Of a stretch of DNA of 64,000 bases, positions 10,381 to 20,471 are shown one piece after another. Location of the stretch: positions 960,001 through 1,024,000 of the forward strand of contig CAXXMV010000002.1 of assembly GCA_963662285.2 (NCBI GenBank), given 5' to 3'. Within the stretch, counting starts at the first letter, position 1; each line of letters opens with the position of its first letter. Source of the stretch: a bacterium (lineage in GTDB: Bacteria > Hinthialibacterota > Hinthialibacteria > Hinthialibacterales > Hinthialibacteraceae). The notes beneath the pieces were generated by a model. The model worked only from the letters and a program-made list of their open reading frames with translations. It had not been told where the DNA came from and did no database searches. The position numbers and the translations under genes were made by a program.

Positions 10381-12528
10381 CTAGAATAATGACCAATTTG
10401 CAACATCAGTTGGACCATCACCCGCAGGTAATGCCCAGATATCATACAGGTTGAATCCAGGGCTGGCGGCGCTTCGAGTGGTATCCAATTCCAACGTTAC
10501 GGAAACCAGAACTTTATCCGGATTCACAGGAGCCGTGTCTTCATTCACGGCCGGATCATTAGGATTGGCGAAGCTGCTGGCATCACCTTCCAAACGGTCC
10601 ATACCATTGATCAGCAAACGCACATCGGCAAACTGCCAGGAACTATCCGTCGGATCCCGGAACCAGTCATCCGCGTGTAGTTCAGTCACTTCCGTACTTC
10701 CGTCTTCAAAGTTGAGAGTGGTTTTTAATGCGCCAAAACCATTACCAACCGTCGCGGACATACGTAGTTCTTTATAATGTCCTGGAGGCACCATATCAAA
10801 TGTGAATGGACCACGCTGTGTATCGTTGTTCATGAACTTTATGGAATTTTTTAATCCCAGTTCAAGAGAGGCGTTGTTGTAAGGACCAAATACGTGACCG
10901 TTCAAACCGCTCATACGATCGGGTGGTAGACCATCAGCAACATTGGGCACATTGCTGCCATCTTCATAGATATAACCAGTAACGACGAGATAGTAGTTGT
11001 TGCCATTGTCATGGCCAAAACCAGGAACGAGTGTGATGCCATCGTCATATCTATCAATGGAAATAACATCCCAAGCAGGAATAGCTGGATCACGGTCTGG
11101 ATTGTTGAAGGTCAAATCTACGCGGCCAGCGCCAGCGGGAGGCAACGCATCGTCTGAACTGATCCATATATTGTCGAAGTAGGAAGAACCCGCTGCTCCA
11201 CCACGGCGTAAGCGGATTTCGGCAATGTCAAGGATCTCGTCATTGTGATCGCCGCCTGCGTCATAGGTGTCAAGACGGTCGGTTTCATCCGGATTGATCC
11301 ATAGGTAGACGCTGTCATTCTGACCAGGACTTGGATCGAGATCGATCCGTACAAGGAAATGATTGGGTACGGTATAATCGACATCGGTTAAACTATCACC
11401 GTCGGGTAAGTTGCCTATACCGCAGAATTCTGCGTTGTAGGGTTTACCTATAAAACTGGATTCAGAACCATCAGAAGCGAAAAGAGTCATACCCGACCAA
11501 TGATCCGCCGCAGGTCCTTCTTCCTGGAAGACAAAGGAAACCCAGATGTCGCCAGAGGATTCGGGTGACATCGCACGTCCCATACCATTACCGGCATCAC
11601 CAGTGATCTTCGCGGAATAACCACCTATGTTGAATTCCGGAGCGGGTTGATTTTCAACAAGACCTGCTTCGAGAACTGCGCTATCCAGAGAACTGGGAGA
11701 ATTCGCGCCGGAAGCAGTCCAGTCACCGGCCCAACCTAGACCACCGTTGGCAGAAAGCGCATCCAGTCCTGTACCGGCATCTTCATTTGGATAGGAGAAG
11801 GTTTCATAGATGTTGAAGGAACGGAATTCGATACCTACATTGCGCCAGTAACCAGTTGAGATTTGACCATCTTCATGGGATGTAACCGCCATACCAACAT
11901 ATACGGGATTCCCCATATCGGGAACTTCGTGGCTTTCTTGAAGTACGCGTTCACCAGTTTCCATAGATACATAATAGTAACTAAAGGTGTTGCCGCGACG
12001 TTCCAATGCAATGGTATAAGTAGTGGTATCACCATAATAATCTGCTATTTGATCGGCAGGAACGATGAAATCGTCACCACTGGATGACGCGTCGATACCC
12101 TGTTGATCACGCCACTGCGCCATGAAGTCCATGTTCGATCGAAACATGGCATAGGCATAAGCGGAACCAGGAGTCAGGTTATTACGGACCATGAGACCCG
12201 ATTTAGCCCATTCTGCATTACCTGAACCAACTTCAATATCCGTACGACCGAAAATAGTGAAATCGCCTTCTACTTCCATATATACGAAATGGAATTCGTC
12301 CGCCGTTCCCCAGATATCCGCGCCGCTGGCTTGGATCACGTACTCATACTCAATCGCGCCAAAATCCCCTCCAGCTCCAGCATCCTCTGCTGTAGCCGAT
12401 CCGGCTGCGCCAACATCGCCGATATCCATACTGTTTGAGAAAGCGCCAATTTGCGAATAGGCGGGGGCTGCAATTAAGCAAACCGCCAGTAAAAAAATGA
12501 TACTTCCAATACTTTTACTCATACTCAT
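10381..12528 (-). CDS. Exported acidic multi-domain beta-sandwich protein (ConA/DUF1349-like N-terminal domain) with C-terminal VANWSLF tail
   Basis: Sec signal (AYS|Q); GADIWGTADEFHFVY...KSGLMVR...YVGMAVTSH lectin-like motif; strongly D/G-rich; GGAGG RBS. Confidence 0.75.
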   Translation of the reverse strand: MSMSKSIGSIIFLLAVCLIAAPAYSQIGAFSNSMDIGDVGAAGSATAEDAGAGGDFGAIEYEYVIQASGADIWGTADEFHFVYMEVEGDFTIFGRTDIEVGSGNAEWAKSGLMVRNNLTPGSAYAYAMFRSNMDFMAQWRDQQGIDASSSGDDFIVPADQIADYYGDTTTYTIALERRGNTFSYYYVSMETGERVLQESHEVPDMGNPVYVGMAVTSHEDGQISTGYWRNVGIEFRSFNIYETFSYPNEDAGTGLDALSANGGLGWAGDWTASGANSPSSLDSAVLEAGLVENQPAPEFNIGGYSAKITGDAGNGMGRAMSPESSGDIWVSFVFQEEGPAADHWSGMTLFASDGSESSFIGKPYNAEFCGIGNLPDGDSLTDVDYTVPNHFLVRIDLDPSPGQNDSVYLWINPDETDRLDTYDAGGDHNDEILDIAEIRLRRGGAAGSSYFDNIWISSDDALPPAGAGRVDLTFNNPDRDPAIPAWDVISIDRYDDGITLVPGFGHDNGNNYYLVVTGYIYEDGSNVPNVADGLPPDRMSGLNGHVFGPYNNASLELGLKNSIKFMNNDTQRGPFTFDMVPPGHYKELRMSATVGNGFGALKTTLNFEDGSTEVTELHADDWFRDPTDSSWQFADVRLLINGMDRLEGDASSFANPNDPAVNEDTAPVNPDKVLVSVTLELDTTRSAASPGFNLYDIWALPAGDGPTDVANWSLF

Positions 12529-12551
12529 AATACCTCCCGGAATTAAAATTT

Positions 12552-12591
12552 TTCATAAATAATAGATAAAAATTAATCTATTATTTATGAA
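12552..12591. promoter_or_regulatory. Perfect 16-bp AT-rich inverted repeat upstream of the 715-aa exported protein gene (operator or leader hairpin)
   Basis: TTCATAAATAATAGAT-8nt-ATCTATTATTTATGAA. Confidence 0.5.
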
Positions 12592-12792
12592 TCGATAGAT
12601 CATATCATAGGTGATCCAGTTTTGTCAACAATACTCCCCACTTTTTATTCATGCATGTTCACAATTAGTCGCTAATTCGACTTGAAACTGAAAAAAGACT
12701 CGTTTTGTTTGTTTACAGTCCAAGATAGTGCGCAAGAGCGGTTAATTAATGTAGAATTTTTATCTCGTTTAATATTTTAAAACAAGAATGTT

Positions 12793-14439
12793 TTACGCGC
12801 ATGGTTCCAACTGCGTCAGAACATGTTCGGATAATCTTCGGCCAACCTCTGTTTCATCGCCGATTATTGCATGCGCTCCAGCCAATTCAAATTCCAAGCG
12901 GTGTCGTTTGTAACGTGAGCGCACTACCACTATCGCATTGGGCGCCAGATTACGGACGTGTTTCAGTACCGTCAGGGCAGCAGATCTCATGGGCAGGGTA
13001 ATCACAATGATTTTGGCGCTGCTTATATTGGCATGCAATAGGATTTCAATTTGCTGGGCGTCTCCGATATGACCTGTGAAACCCAAAAACTCCGCTTCTT
13101 GTTTTGCTTTCGCGTTCAAATCCAGGATAAGGATAGGTCTGCCAGTATCCACAAGTGAATTACCCACAGCCTGTCCAGCCGGACCGTAGCCAATAATGAT
13201 TACTTCAGGAGGCAACTTCCCGCTTCCCATAAATTCATCTTGATTAATGGTTGATTTTTTGGAACTTAGGCTTTCAAACCAGATTCCCAAACGGGGTGCG
13301 TAACCAATCAAATATGGCGTCAGGAATAACGTCACAATTGCGCTGGAGACGATTATCATATAGGTTGGTTCTCCTATCACGCCTCCCTCTTTACCGATGG
13401 TTCCGAGCACAAAGGCGAATTCTCCGACTTGCGAAAGGCATAAACCGGTAGCTAAAGCGATGCTGCTGGATTTCCCCAAAAACTTGAAAATGATCCACAC
13501 AATGAAGGTTTTGCTGATAATAATCAGAGCAGACGCTCCCAGCACTAAGTACCAGTTTTTAATAATCCAGATGGGATCGGCCACCATTCCGACCGCCCCG
13601 AAAAACAAAGTCAACAGCACAACCCTTAAACTCGATATATCCGACCGGATTTGTGCGGCGAAGGGTGAACTACCCAGAAACATCCCGGCTGCAAAGGCCC
13701 CCAACGCTGGAGATAATCCCGCCGCATGGGATAACCAGGTTGAACCCAGGCCAACCACAATGGCTAATAATAACGAGAGTTCCCGGTTCCTATCCAAGGT
13801 GAGCGAACCGAGTATCTTTACCGCTACTTTATTGAGGACGATGTATAAAACAATGATTAGCAATGCCGCCAGTAATAATAATTCACCGATCATTATTATC
13901 ATTTCGGTTGATGTTCCGGAGCCCGCTAAAAGCGTCATTAATATGGCGAACGGGACTACCGCCATATCCTGAACCAGAAGAATGGCGACCGAATTCCGCC
14001 CATAAACGCTGTCAATCTCCCCGTTATCCATCAGCACCCGCAGAACGCATGCCGTACTGCTCAGGCACACCATACAGCCGATGGCAATCGCCTCACTCAG
14101 GGTTTGCCGGAATACCAGCGCAATCAGGATTATGTATATAGCGGTGCATACAACCTGATAGAATCCACCGGAAATAGTCTTGGAATCCAGATTTTTGAGC
14201 TTCTGCCACGAAAATTCCAAACCCAGGCTGAATAGCAGCAACGATACTCCCAACTCGGCAATAGCCTCGATATCACTTTCAGCACGGATAATCCGTAAAC
14301 TACCCGGCCCGCCCAGCAGCATCCCCGCCAGCAGATATCCAACCAGCGGACTTTGCTTCAAGCGGGAAAATATCGCTCCAAAAACCAGGCAGCCCATCAG
14401 CAGGATCACGATTTCTATCAATAAGTTCCAAGTACCCAC
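12793..14439 (-). CDS. CPA2 cation:proton antiporter with TrkA-N domain (Kef/YbaL-like)
   Basis: About 12 TM segments; ELGVSLLLFSLGLEFS, LLVQD, SQVGEFAFV; C-terminal IIGYGPAG Rossmann motif. Confidence 0.9.
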   Translation of the reverse strand: MGTWNLLIEIVILLMGCLVFGAIFSRLKQSPLVGYLLAGMLLGGPGSLRIIRAESDIEAIAELGVSLLLFSLGLEFSWQKLKNLDSKTISGGFYQVVCTAIYIILIALVFRQTLSEAIAIGCMVCLSSTACVLRVLMDNGEIDSVYGRNSVAILLVQDMAVVPFAILMTLLAGSGTSTEMIIMIGELLLLAALLIIVLYIVLNKVAVKILGSLTLDRNRELSLLLAIVVGLGSTWLSHAAGLSPALGAFAAGMFLGSSPFAAQIRSDISSLRVVLLTLFFGAVGMVADPIWIIKNWYLVLGASALIIISKTFIVWIIFKFLGKSSSIALATGLCLSQVGEFAFVLGTIGKEGGVIGEPTYMIIVSSAIVTLFLTPYLIGYAPRLGIWFESLSSKKSTINQDEFMGSGKLPPEVIIIGYGPAGQAVGNSLVDTGRPILILDLNAKAKQEAEFLGFTGHIGDAQQIEILLHANISSAKIIVITLPMRSAALTVLKHVRNLAPNAIVVVRSRYKRHRLEFELAGAHAIIGDETEVGRRLSEHVLTQLEPCA

Positions 14440-14581
14440 GTTTCGGCCTCTTTCTTTTGAGAATTACTCCATATTCATATCATATCAATTTTTAGCATAT
14501 ATGTCGTCATTTATGTTTTTTTCTTAAGATTAATTCTTTGAATAAGGAATGCATGATGAGCAACGAGTTGTATCGGTTGGT

Positions 14582-14597
14582 CTTGACGTCTGTCAAG
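14582..14597. promoter_or_regulatory. Palindrome CTTGAC-N4-GTCAAG between divergent genes (back-to-back -35 boxes or an FNR/CRP-like site)
   Basis: Perfect 6-bp inverted repeat giving TTGACG on + and TTGACA on -. Confidence 0.4.
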
Positions 14598-14697
14598 TGC
14601 TATGAGACTATCCGGTGTCGAAATTATTGTGCAAATCGGGAGTCGAATAGTTTAGCAAGCCTATATTTAATGTAAATATTTGATTGGGAGAAAATTA

Positions 14698-16122
14698 ATG
14701 AAAAGACGAACATTTATGCAGTCCAGTTTGATGTCTTTTGCGGGAACTGTGTTTTCAACAGAAACGTACTCAAACCAACATTCATGTTCCTTATCTCAAT
14801 ATGATTTTGTTTCGGCAAGTCAGATCGCCTCTCTAATAAAATCAAAAACTATTTCCGTAAGTGAATTGACTTCTCATATTCTGAAGCGCATTGAACGATT
14901 CAATCCTAAGATTAATGCAATCGTCACATTGAACACAAAAGAAGCGCTCCAGCAAGCGGCGCAGGCTGATGAGGCTATCCGCCGGGGTGAAAAACTCGGT
15001 CCATTGCATGGCGTCCCCATCACAATCAAAGATAATTACGAAACTAAAGGAATTCTCAGTACAGCGGGGAATCAAGGGTATTATGACAAGTCGCACATTC
15101 CACAAAAAAATGCTCCAGCTGTTGAGAGACTTCTCCAGGCAGGAGCCATCATTATAGGCAAAACAAATTTGCCCGAGTTTGGTATAGACTGGCAATGTTA
15201 CAACAAGGTGTTTGGTACTACAAATAATCCTTGGAGCCTTGATCGCACGACAGGTGGGTCTTCGGGTGGATGCGCTGCGGCATTGGCAAGTGGCATGTCT
15301 TATCTATCGATCGGTAACGATCTTGCTGGTTCATTGAGGATCCCCGCCAGTTTTTGTGGAGTCTATAGTCATCGCCCAACGCTCAATTTTATTCCCATGA
15401 CGGGATTAATTACTGAGAGAGCCGGGATTCTTCAGGAGGATCACGTTGAAAAGTTATCCACTAATGGTCCTTTAGCACGATCAGTTGATGATTTGGAATT
15501 GGCCATCAAATTGTTAATGGGCGAAAAATATAAAGAACTTAAGCCACTTAAAAAGAAACGCCTTTCCGATTATCGCATTGGTTACGTCCTTGATCATCCC
15601 AATTTACAAACCGAACCATCTTTGAAAAATCATTATGAAAAAGTGATCCTGAAACTTAAAGCTAATGGTGCGCAACTCATTCAAGCCTGGCCTGATTCCT
15701 ACGAAGATCGAGATTGTTTATTAGACTATTTCCAGTTATTTTTTGGACAAGAACAAGGAATCAAGAACCAATCTGTATTGAAGAAGCAGTGGAGTGAGTA
15801 TCTTCAGGATTACGACGCATTTCTTCATCCGACCTGTTTCACCGAACCGTTTACTCATCAGCAAAGTGAAATTTCGATGGGCAAGCGAAAACTTACCACA
15901 CGCGTTAAAGAGTACCTATATCCGTTGGTTTGTGGTTGGGCGTCGTTCTCTGTGATCACAGGTTTCCCATCGACGACGATCCCTACGGGATTGAATTTAT
16001 ATAATCTCCCTATTGGGATGCAGATTATGAGCAACCATGCAGAAGACCATTTGACGTTACATTTGGCTAAGCAAATAAGTAATGTGCTTGGTGGATTTCA
16101 AATCCCCCCGGATTATATGTAG
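14698..16122 (+). CDS. Amidase-signature family amidase with probable Tat signal
   Basis: MKRRTFMQ twin-arginine motif; GVPITIKD, GGSSGG, GNDLAGSLRIPA (Ser-cisSer-Lys triad). Confidence 0.88.
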   Translation: MKRRTFMQSSLMSFAGTVFSTETYSNQHSCSLSQYDFVSASQIASLIKSKTISVSELTSHILKRIERFNPKINAIVTLNTKEALQQAAQADEAIRRGEKLGPLHGVPITIKDNYETKGILSTAGNQGYYDKSHIPQKNAPAVERLLQAGAIIIGKTNLPEFGIDWQCYNKVFGTTNNPWSLDRTTGGSSGGCAAALASGMSYLSIGNDLAGSLRIPASFCGVYSHRPTLNFIPMTGLITERAGILQEDHVEKLSTNGPLARSVDDLELAIKLLMGEKYKELKPLKKKRLSDYRIGYVLDHPNLQTEPSLKNHYEKVILKLKANGAQLIQAWPDSYEDRDCLLDYFQLFFGQEQGIKNQSVLKKQWSEYLQDYDAFLHPTCFTEPFTHQQSEISMGKRKLTTRVKEYLYPLVCGWASFSVITGFPSTTIPTGLNLYNLPIGMQIMSNHAEDHLTLHLAKQISNVLGGFQIPPDYM

Positions 16123-16210
16123 CAATGCAAAACCACATTGTGGTCAATCATTGATGAGGCGACTTGTGCAAATGTTAAAATGTCAGATTATCATAATCAC
16201 CCTATAACAT

Positions 16211-16245
16211 AAAATCCATAATATCCTGGGTATCCAGATTAAGAT
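16211..16245 (+). repeat. ATCC-periodic repeat, family E
   Basis: AAAATCCATAATATCCTGGGTATCCAGATT; related to 26511 and 46517. Confidence 0.5.
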
Positions 16246-16276
16246 GAAAACATAAAATTCCATTTGCTAATATTAA

Positions 16277-16705
16277 TTAGATAACTTCCCAATCTTCCAC
16301 ATCTCCATGAATCACATTAAAAAGCGGATGGCATTCAATCTTCTCAATCTTAATCAACTTGAGATATAGTTCGTTATCTCTGGTTTTCAGTTTGGTTGAT
16401 AAATGTTTGAATTCGTATGTTAGTTGTCCACTTGTGACAGGTATGGTTCCGCGGAATTGTTTATTTATAATTTTGCTTCGGTCGAAGTTGTATCCTCTAT
16501 TATCCGCCTCATCAAGGACGCCTCTTAAATAATCGGCGATTGCTCCGAGAGGATTTTTGGTATTCTTGAATCTTACTAATTGGGGATGATTCCTGTAGCC
16601 CTTGGTTTGGCCTTGCAAAACCTTTTGCGCCAACAGACCTTCTCTCCATAGCGCGACCAGCCCCTTGGCGTCTAAATAACTTGGATGTATCGACCAAAGC
16701 CGCAT
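16277..16705 (-). CDS. Pyrimidine-dimer DNA glycosylase / T4 endonuclease V-like protein (Pyr_excise family)
   Basis: MRLWSIHPSYLDAKGLVALWREGLLAQ, GYRNHPQL, EADNRGYNFD. Confidence 0.85.
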   Translation of the reverse strand: MRLWSIHPSYLDAKGLVALWREGLLAQKVLQGQTKGYRNHPQLVRFKNTKNPLGAIADYLRGVLDEADNRGYNFDRSKIINKQFRGTIPVTSGQLTYEFKHLSTKLKTRDNELYLKLIKIEKIECHPLFNVIHGDVEDWEVI

Positions 16706-16722
16706 GTTGGTCTTCCCCCGCT

Positions 16723-17988
16723 CTAATCCATATCATAAAGTTCCCATGCATGGGCTTCACTCATAACATTCAAGTAAGGTTTAATGCGGTATGCGAGGCT
16801 GATTTCTTCTCCCCGGGCTATGGTTTCGCCTATGATGCTGAGGGTGACAACAAAATTATCGTTATATTCCGAATCAGTTTCAGTCCAAAAAACCACCAGT
16901 TGCAGGTCGTGGCTTAATTTTTTGAAATCCCTGATTTCGAATGATGAGCGCAGGTGGTAAGGTTCTTCCGGTTTTAGATAATGGTCAGGATTGCGGTCTC
17001 TCTGCTCGATAAAGAAACGGTTGTCATCGGTGTTCATCTTATCGACATAGCCCATTACTGTTTTATAACTATTCATTTCACTTAGCGCAAGACTAAACGA
17101 CATATCCTTATCGTCACCTATTTGCACGGTGATGGTATCTGTGTCATGGGCGCTTTCATTCCAATACATCGTACTCAATAGAAACGGCGAAGGGCCGTAA
17201 AATTCATCGATTTCCTTACGGGCGAAAAAGTGCGAGGTTACATCAACAACATATTCCGGATCAGAAGGCTCTTCCGTAACCGTGAATTCCAGCAGACTGG
17301 CGCCCGCGAATTCTTCTGATTCAGCGAATAGAACTACATTAAACACGTTCTCGCTGATGATCTGTCCATACAATTCGCGGATTTCGGGGAACTGCTCGTT
17401 GTCATCAAAAATCCCGTTGCCGAAAATACGAAGTGATGCGCCATAGGCTTGGGGTGGGAAGCCTGTCAGGCGGATGTAGCCGTTGCCTCTTATATTGGCG
17501 ATTTCAGGCCAGCCGTCTTCAGTCTGGTGGCCGATTTTCATCCCCGCGAAATAGCGGGCGCATTCGGGGATATCTTCCGCATTAAGATCAGGTTTTGCAT
17601 TATTCCAGTTGAAAATATCGGCGTCAAAGGGCAGTTCCATCCATTGGTTGTTTTCAAACTGGTGTATCGCAATGCGGTTGACGTTAGCGTTGCCTCTGGG
17701 ACGCTGTTGCCCCCACCATCCCGATCCATCAAAAGCGTTGTTGGTCGATGGTTCGATTAAATCGATGCGGTTGTAATCCTGATAGGTCAACGCCGGGTAA
17801 TCCACTATCGTGCATTCACCTTGAGGCAGGTCTGTTGATGGTGCAAAATCCTGGTTGGCTTTTTGTCGGGCCAGGTCTACCAGTTCGGAGAATTTATCCA
17901 GTGAGGCCTGACCATATACCGGCAGGGCGCTTATTGAAATTACCATAATCAAGCAACAAGTTGTTATTGAACGATATAATAAATTCAT
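16723..17988 (-). CDS. Divergent OpgG/OpgD (MdoG)-like exported protein with C-terminal AWELY tail
   Basis: Sec signal; LTYQDYNRI, YGASLR, EQFPEIRE, AHDTD, QRDRNPDHY...YHLRSS and EYNDNFV resemble MdoG motifs in order. Confidence 0.7.
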   Translation of the reverse strand: MNLLYRSITTCCLIMVISISALPVYGQASLDKFSELVDLARQKANQDFAPSTDLPQGECTIVDYPALTYQDYNRIDLIEPSTNNAFDGSGWWGQQRPRGNANVNRIAIHQFENNQWMELPFDADIFNWNNAKPDLNAEDIPECARYFAGMKIGHQTEDGWPEIANIRGNGYIRLTGFPPQAYGASLRIFGNGIFDDNEQFPEIRELYGQIISENVFNVVLFAESEEFAGASLLEFTVTEEPSDPEYVVDVTSHFFARKEIDEFYGPSPFLLSTMYWNESAHDTDTITVQIGDDKDMSFSLALSEMNSYKTVMGYVDKMNTDDNRFFIEQRDRNPDHYLKPEEPYHLRSSFEIRDFKKLSHDLQLVVFWTETDSEYNDNFVVTLSIIGETIARGEEISLAYRIKPYLNVMSEAHAWELYDMD

Positions 17989-18093
17989 ATTTTATTCCTT
18001 TTGTATTCAATCATGTATTACGAAAATCTGAAAAGTCTAAAACAATCTTATTATATAAGAACAGTTTGTTCTAAGGCATGATATTTAATTAAT

Positions 18094-18783
18094 TTACTTG
18101 ATAGGGAAATCGAAATACGTATCCGGGAATGGCTCGTCTTTAAGCGTAAAATGCCACCATTCTTCTTTCAAAGGTTTAAAGCCATGCTTTGTCATCAAAC
18201 TTTGCAGCAACATGCGGTGCGCCCGTTGAGTTGGTTTGACCGCCTTGCTATCCGGCCATGATAGCGGGCCGAAAAAATCGAATCCGGTTCCCATATCCAG
18301 TTCCAGTGGATTGTTTGAGTCGATAGATATTATGGTTACATCAACCGTACTTCCTCTGGAATGGCCGGATTTAGCTGCTATATATCCATCCCTGAACAGG
18401 TTTTGCTTATCTACGCCGGGGTAATATTTGGCCTTCATTTTGACATCGCCCAGGTCTTTAGCCCAGCGCACGAAATGATCAACAGATTGTTGCGGTCTAT
18501 AGGCATCAAAGATTTTGAGTTCCAATCCAAAAGTCTTTAACTCATCTTGAACCTTCTTGAGGGCAGCGGCGGCTTGTTGCGTAAGGATGCATCTAGGTTT
18601 TTCATAACCATCGATGCGCTGACCCACAAAGTTATTCTCAGTATAGTAGCGCATCTCCAACACAATACCGGGAATAATATTTTGGATATCAACAAAACCG
18701 TCGGGTAATTTTTCTGCATTAAGCGTCATGGCTATAATCAAGCACCACAAAATCGTGAATATCAGAGAAAAGAAATGTTTCAT
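18094..18783 (-). CDS. ddpX: D-alanyl-D-alanine dipeptidase (M15D, VanX/DdpX family) with signal peptide
   Basis: DAYRP, SGHSRGSTVD, DMGTGFD, EWWHF. Confidence 0.92.
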   Translation of the reverse strand: MKHFFSLIFTILWCLIIAMTLNAEKLPDGFVDIQNIIPGIVLEMRYYTENNFVGQRIDGYEKPRCILTQQAAAALKKVQDELKTFGLELKIFDAYRPQQSVDHFVRWAKDLGDVKMKAKYYPGVDKQNLFRDGYIAAKSGHSRGSTVDVTIISIDSNNPLELDMGTGFDFFGPLSWPDSKAVKPTQRAHRMLLQSLMTKHGFKPLKEEWWHFTLKDEPFPDTYFDFPIK

Positions 18784-18811
18784 TATTATCCTTCGTGATT
18801 ATGGTTGGTTC

Positions 18812-20467
18812 TTATTCTTTCTCATATAAATAAGCCTTCAATTTTCCCGACTGAAATACCAATTCATCACCCTCATGCTCATGAACAGTGAGCAGTAAGA
18901 ATGGTGCAGGGGGCAGGTCGCCGCCTACTTTAATTGCGCCAGCAGGGTGATTCAGCCAATAATTCATGTTGGAAAGTAATTGAACGCCATTCTCTTCGCA
19001 GTAAATTAGGGTATCACCCCATTTTTTTTGTTCGACCTCTCTGCAAAAATCGTGTATCTCATTGGCTAGATATGTTTCAATGGCGGTTGTTCTGGTCTGC
19101 ATGATAAAATCGACTGCCGAAAGTTGGATAAACAGAATTATGACCACGGATATCACCATACCCGTTCTTTTACAGAATAGACAGATGATCCCTCCTATTA
19201 GTGAGGCGCCGATCAGGTATTTACATGCATTTAGCGCTCCCATGTTGCGCATTTGATAGATGAAATCTAATGATGGAGCGTTGGCCAGAAATTCATGGTT
19301 ATTGCTCAGTTTGCTCCATGCTTCTGGAATCAATAAACTTGCGGCCAGCAGCGGGATGATAATAATCAATGCGCCAATTCTGAGTATTCGCTCATTCCTG
19401 GATGCTTTGTGTAAGGCGCCCAATGACGCCGCGAAAATGGGAAGGCAGATTAAATTGATATAAAAGATATAGCGCAGCGATATCGACCAGGGTTCGATCC
19501 CCATGCGTTTAACGTAATAAACCGCCACTGTAACAGTCAGCGCTATGGCTGTTATAAAAGCAAAATAGGTTATTTCGCGGGATGTTTGGGTTAATTTGTC
19601 GGGTAATAACCAGGCAACCAGCCAGTGCACAATCATAAAGCCAGTGATCAGCAGGCCGCCTTCAAGCCATAATCCTGTCCAATGAGCCGAGAAAATGGAA
19701 ACGAAAAGAGCGAAGGAAGAGGGGAGGGCGTCATTATTAAACGAGGCGTATAATAACTGCGTTCCTTCTCTGGTGAAATATCCCAATTGCCACCACGCAG
19801 TTATTGTGATAGAGAAAGCCATGCCAAAAGCCATGAGCGGAGGCGCTGGATCGCGCTCGTGTTTCACTGTGCGGTAGACCACCCAGCCTAATGCTGTTGC
19901 GCAATAAACGATCAGGAAAATCCGCGTCAAAATCAGTCCCGCGATAGCCATGCCCAGAAAGGCGCCGTCCCGCACGCGGGGTCTTTGGTCTGTCAGAATC
20001 CGCGAAACAGATAACGCGCTCCAGATTACCAATGGCGCCGCCAGATTCTCACTCATAGTCCATTGCGTATATGCCGCTGATGGGTAAATCGCATATATAA
20101 GGCATACGAAAACTGCGTCTGATGGTTTGAGCATCCGGCGTGAATAGGCATACATGGGAAACAAGCCCAGAAAATAAATGGCGGGATTGATCCATGATTG
20201 AATCAGTTCAACCGTAAGATAATCTGGTGCGAAAAATCCGACGGAGATTAAAAAGGGATAAAACGGCGGAACTGGAAAATGCTTATTTAAATCAAAACTG
20301 GAAATATTATGCAATCCAAACGCCAGGCTTTTATAGAAAACCGAATCCCACACCACTTCTAATATTGGCGTATGCAGATTGGAAATTATTCCATGCATCA
20401 CAACCAGAGGTATATAAAACCAGATCAATCGAAATTCGTTGCGCTTATTCCAGAAGATGATATTCAT
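18812..20467 (-). CDS. Polytopic membrane protein, probable GT-C fold glycosyltransferase
   Basis: WDSVFY...PPFYP in the first loop, MSENL, RYIF; 12 or more TM segments; adjacent to an ArnT-like gene. Confidence 0.6.
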   Translation of the reverse strand: MNIIFWNKRNEFRLIWFYIPLVVMHGIISNLHTPILEVVWDSVFYKSLAFGLHNISSFDLNKHFPVPPFYPFLISVGFFAPDYLTVELIQSWINPAIYFLGLFPMYAYSRRMLKPSDAVFVCLIYAIYPSAAYTQWTMSENLAAPLVIWSALSVSRILTDQRPRVRDGAFLGMAIAGLILTRIFLIVYCATALGWVVYRTVKHERDPAPPLMAFGMAFSITITAWWQLGYFTREGTQLLYASFNNDALPSSFALFVSIFSAHWTGLWLEGGLLITGFMIVHWLVAWLLPDKLTQTSREITYFAFITAIALTVTVAVYYVKRMGIEPWSISLRYIFYINLICLPIFAASLGALHKASRNERILRIGALIIIIPLLAASLLIPEAWSKLSNNHEFLANAPSLDFIYQMRNMGALNACKYLIGASLIGGIICLFCKRTGMVISVVIILFIQLSAVDFIMQTRTTAIETYLANEIHDFCREVEQKKWGDTLIYCEENGVQLLSNMNYWLNHPAGAIKVGGDLPPAPFLLLTVHEHEGDELVFQSGKLKAYLYEKE

Positions 20468-20471
20468 TCAA

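Noticed and set aside
13397-13972. Long antisense ORFs (e.g. 191 aa here, 151 aa at 9884, 145 aa at 42031)
   Set aside because: They overlap well-supported genes on the opposite strand and have no protein-like motifs.
18094-18783. Vancomycin-resistance locus
   Set aside because: Only a signal-peptide-bearing DdpX/VanX homolog is present; no vanA/H/R/S.
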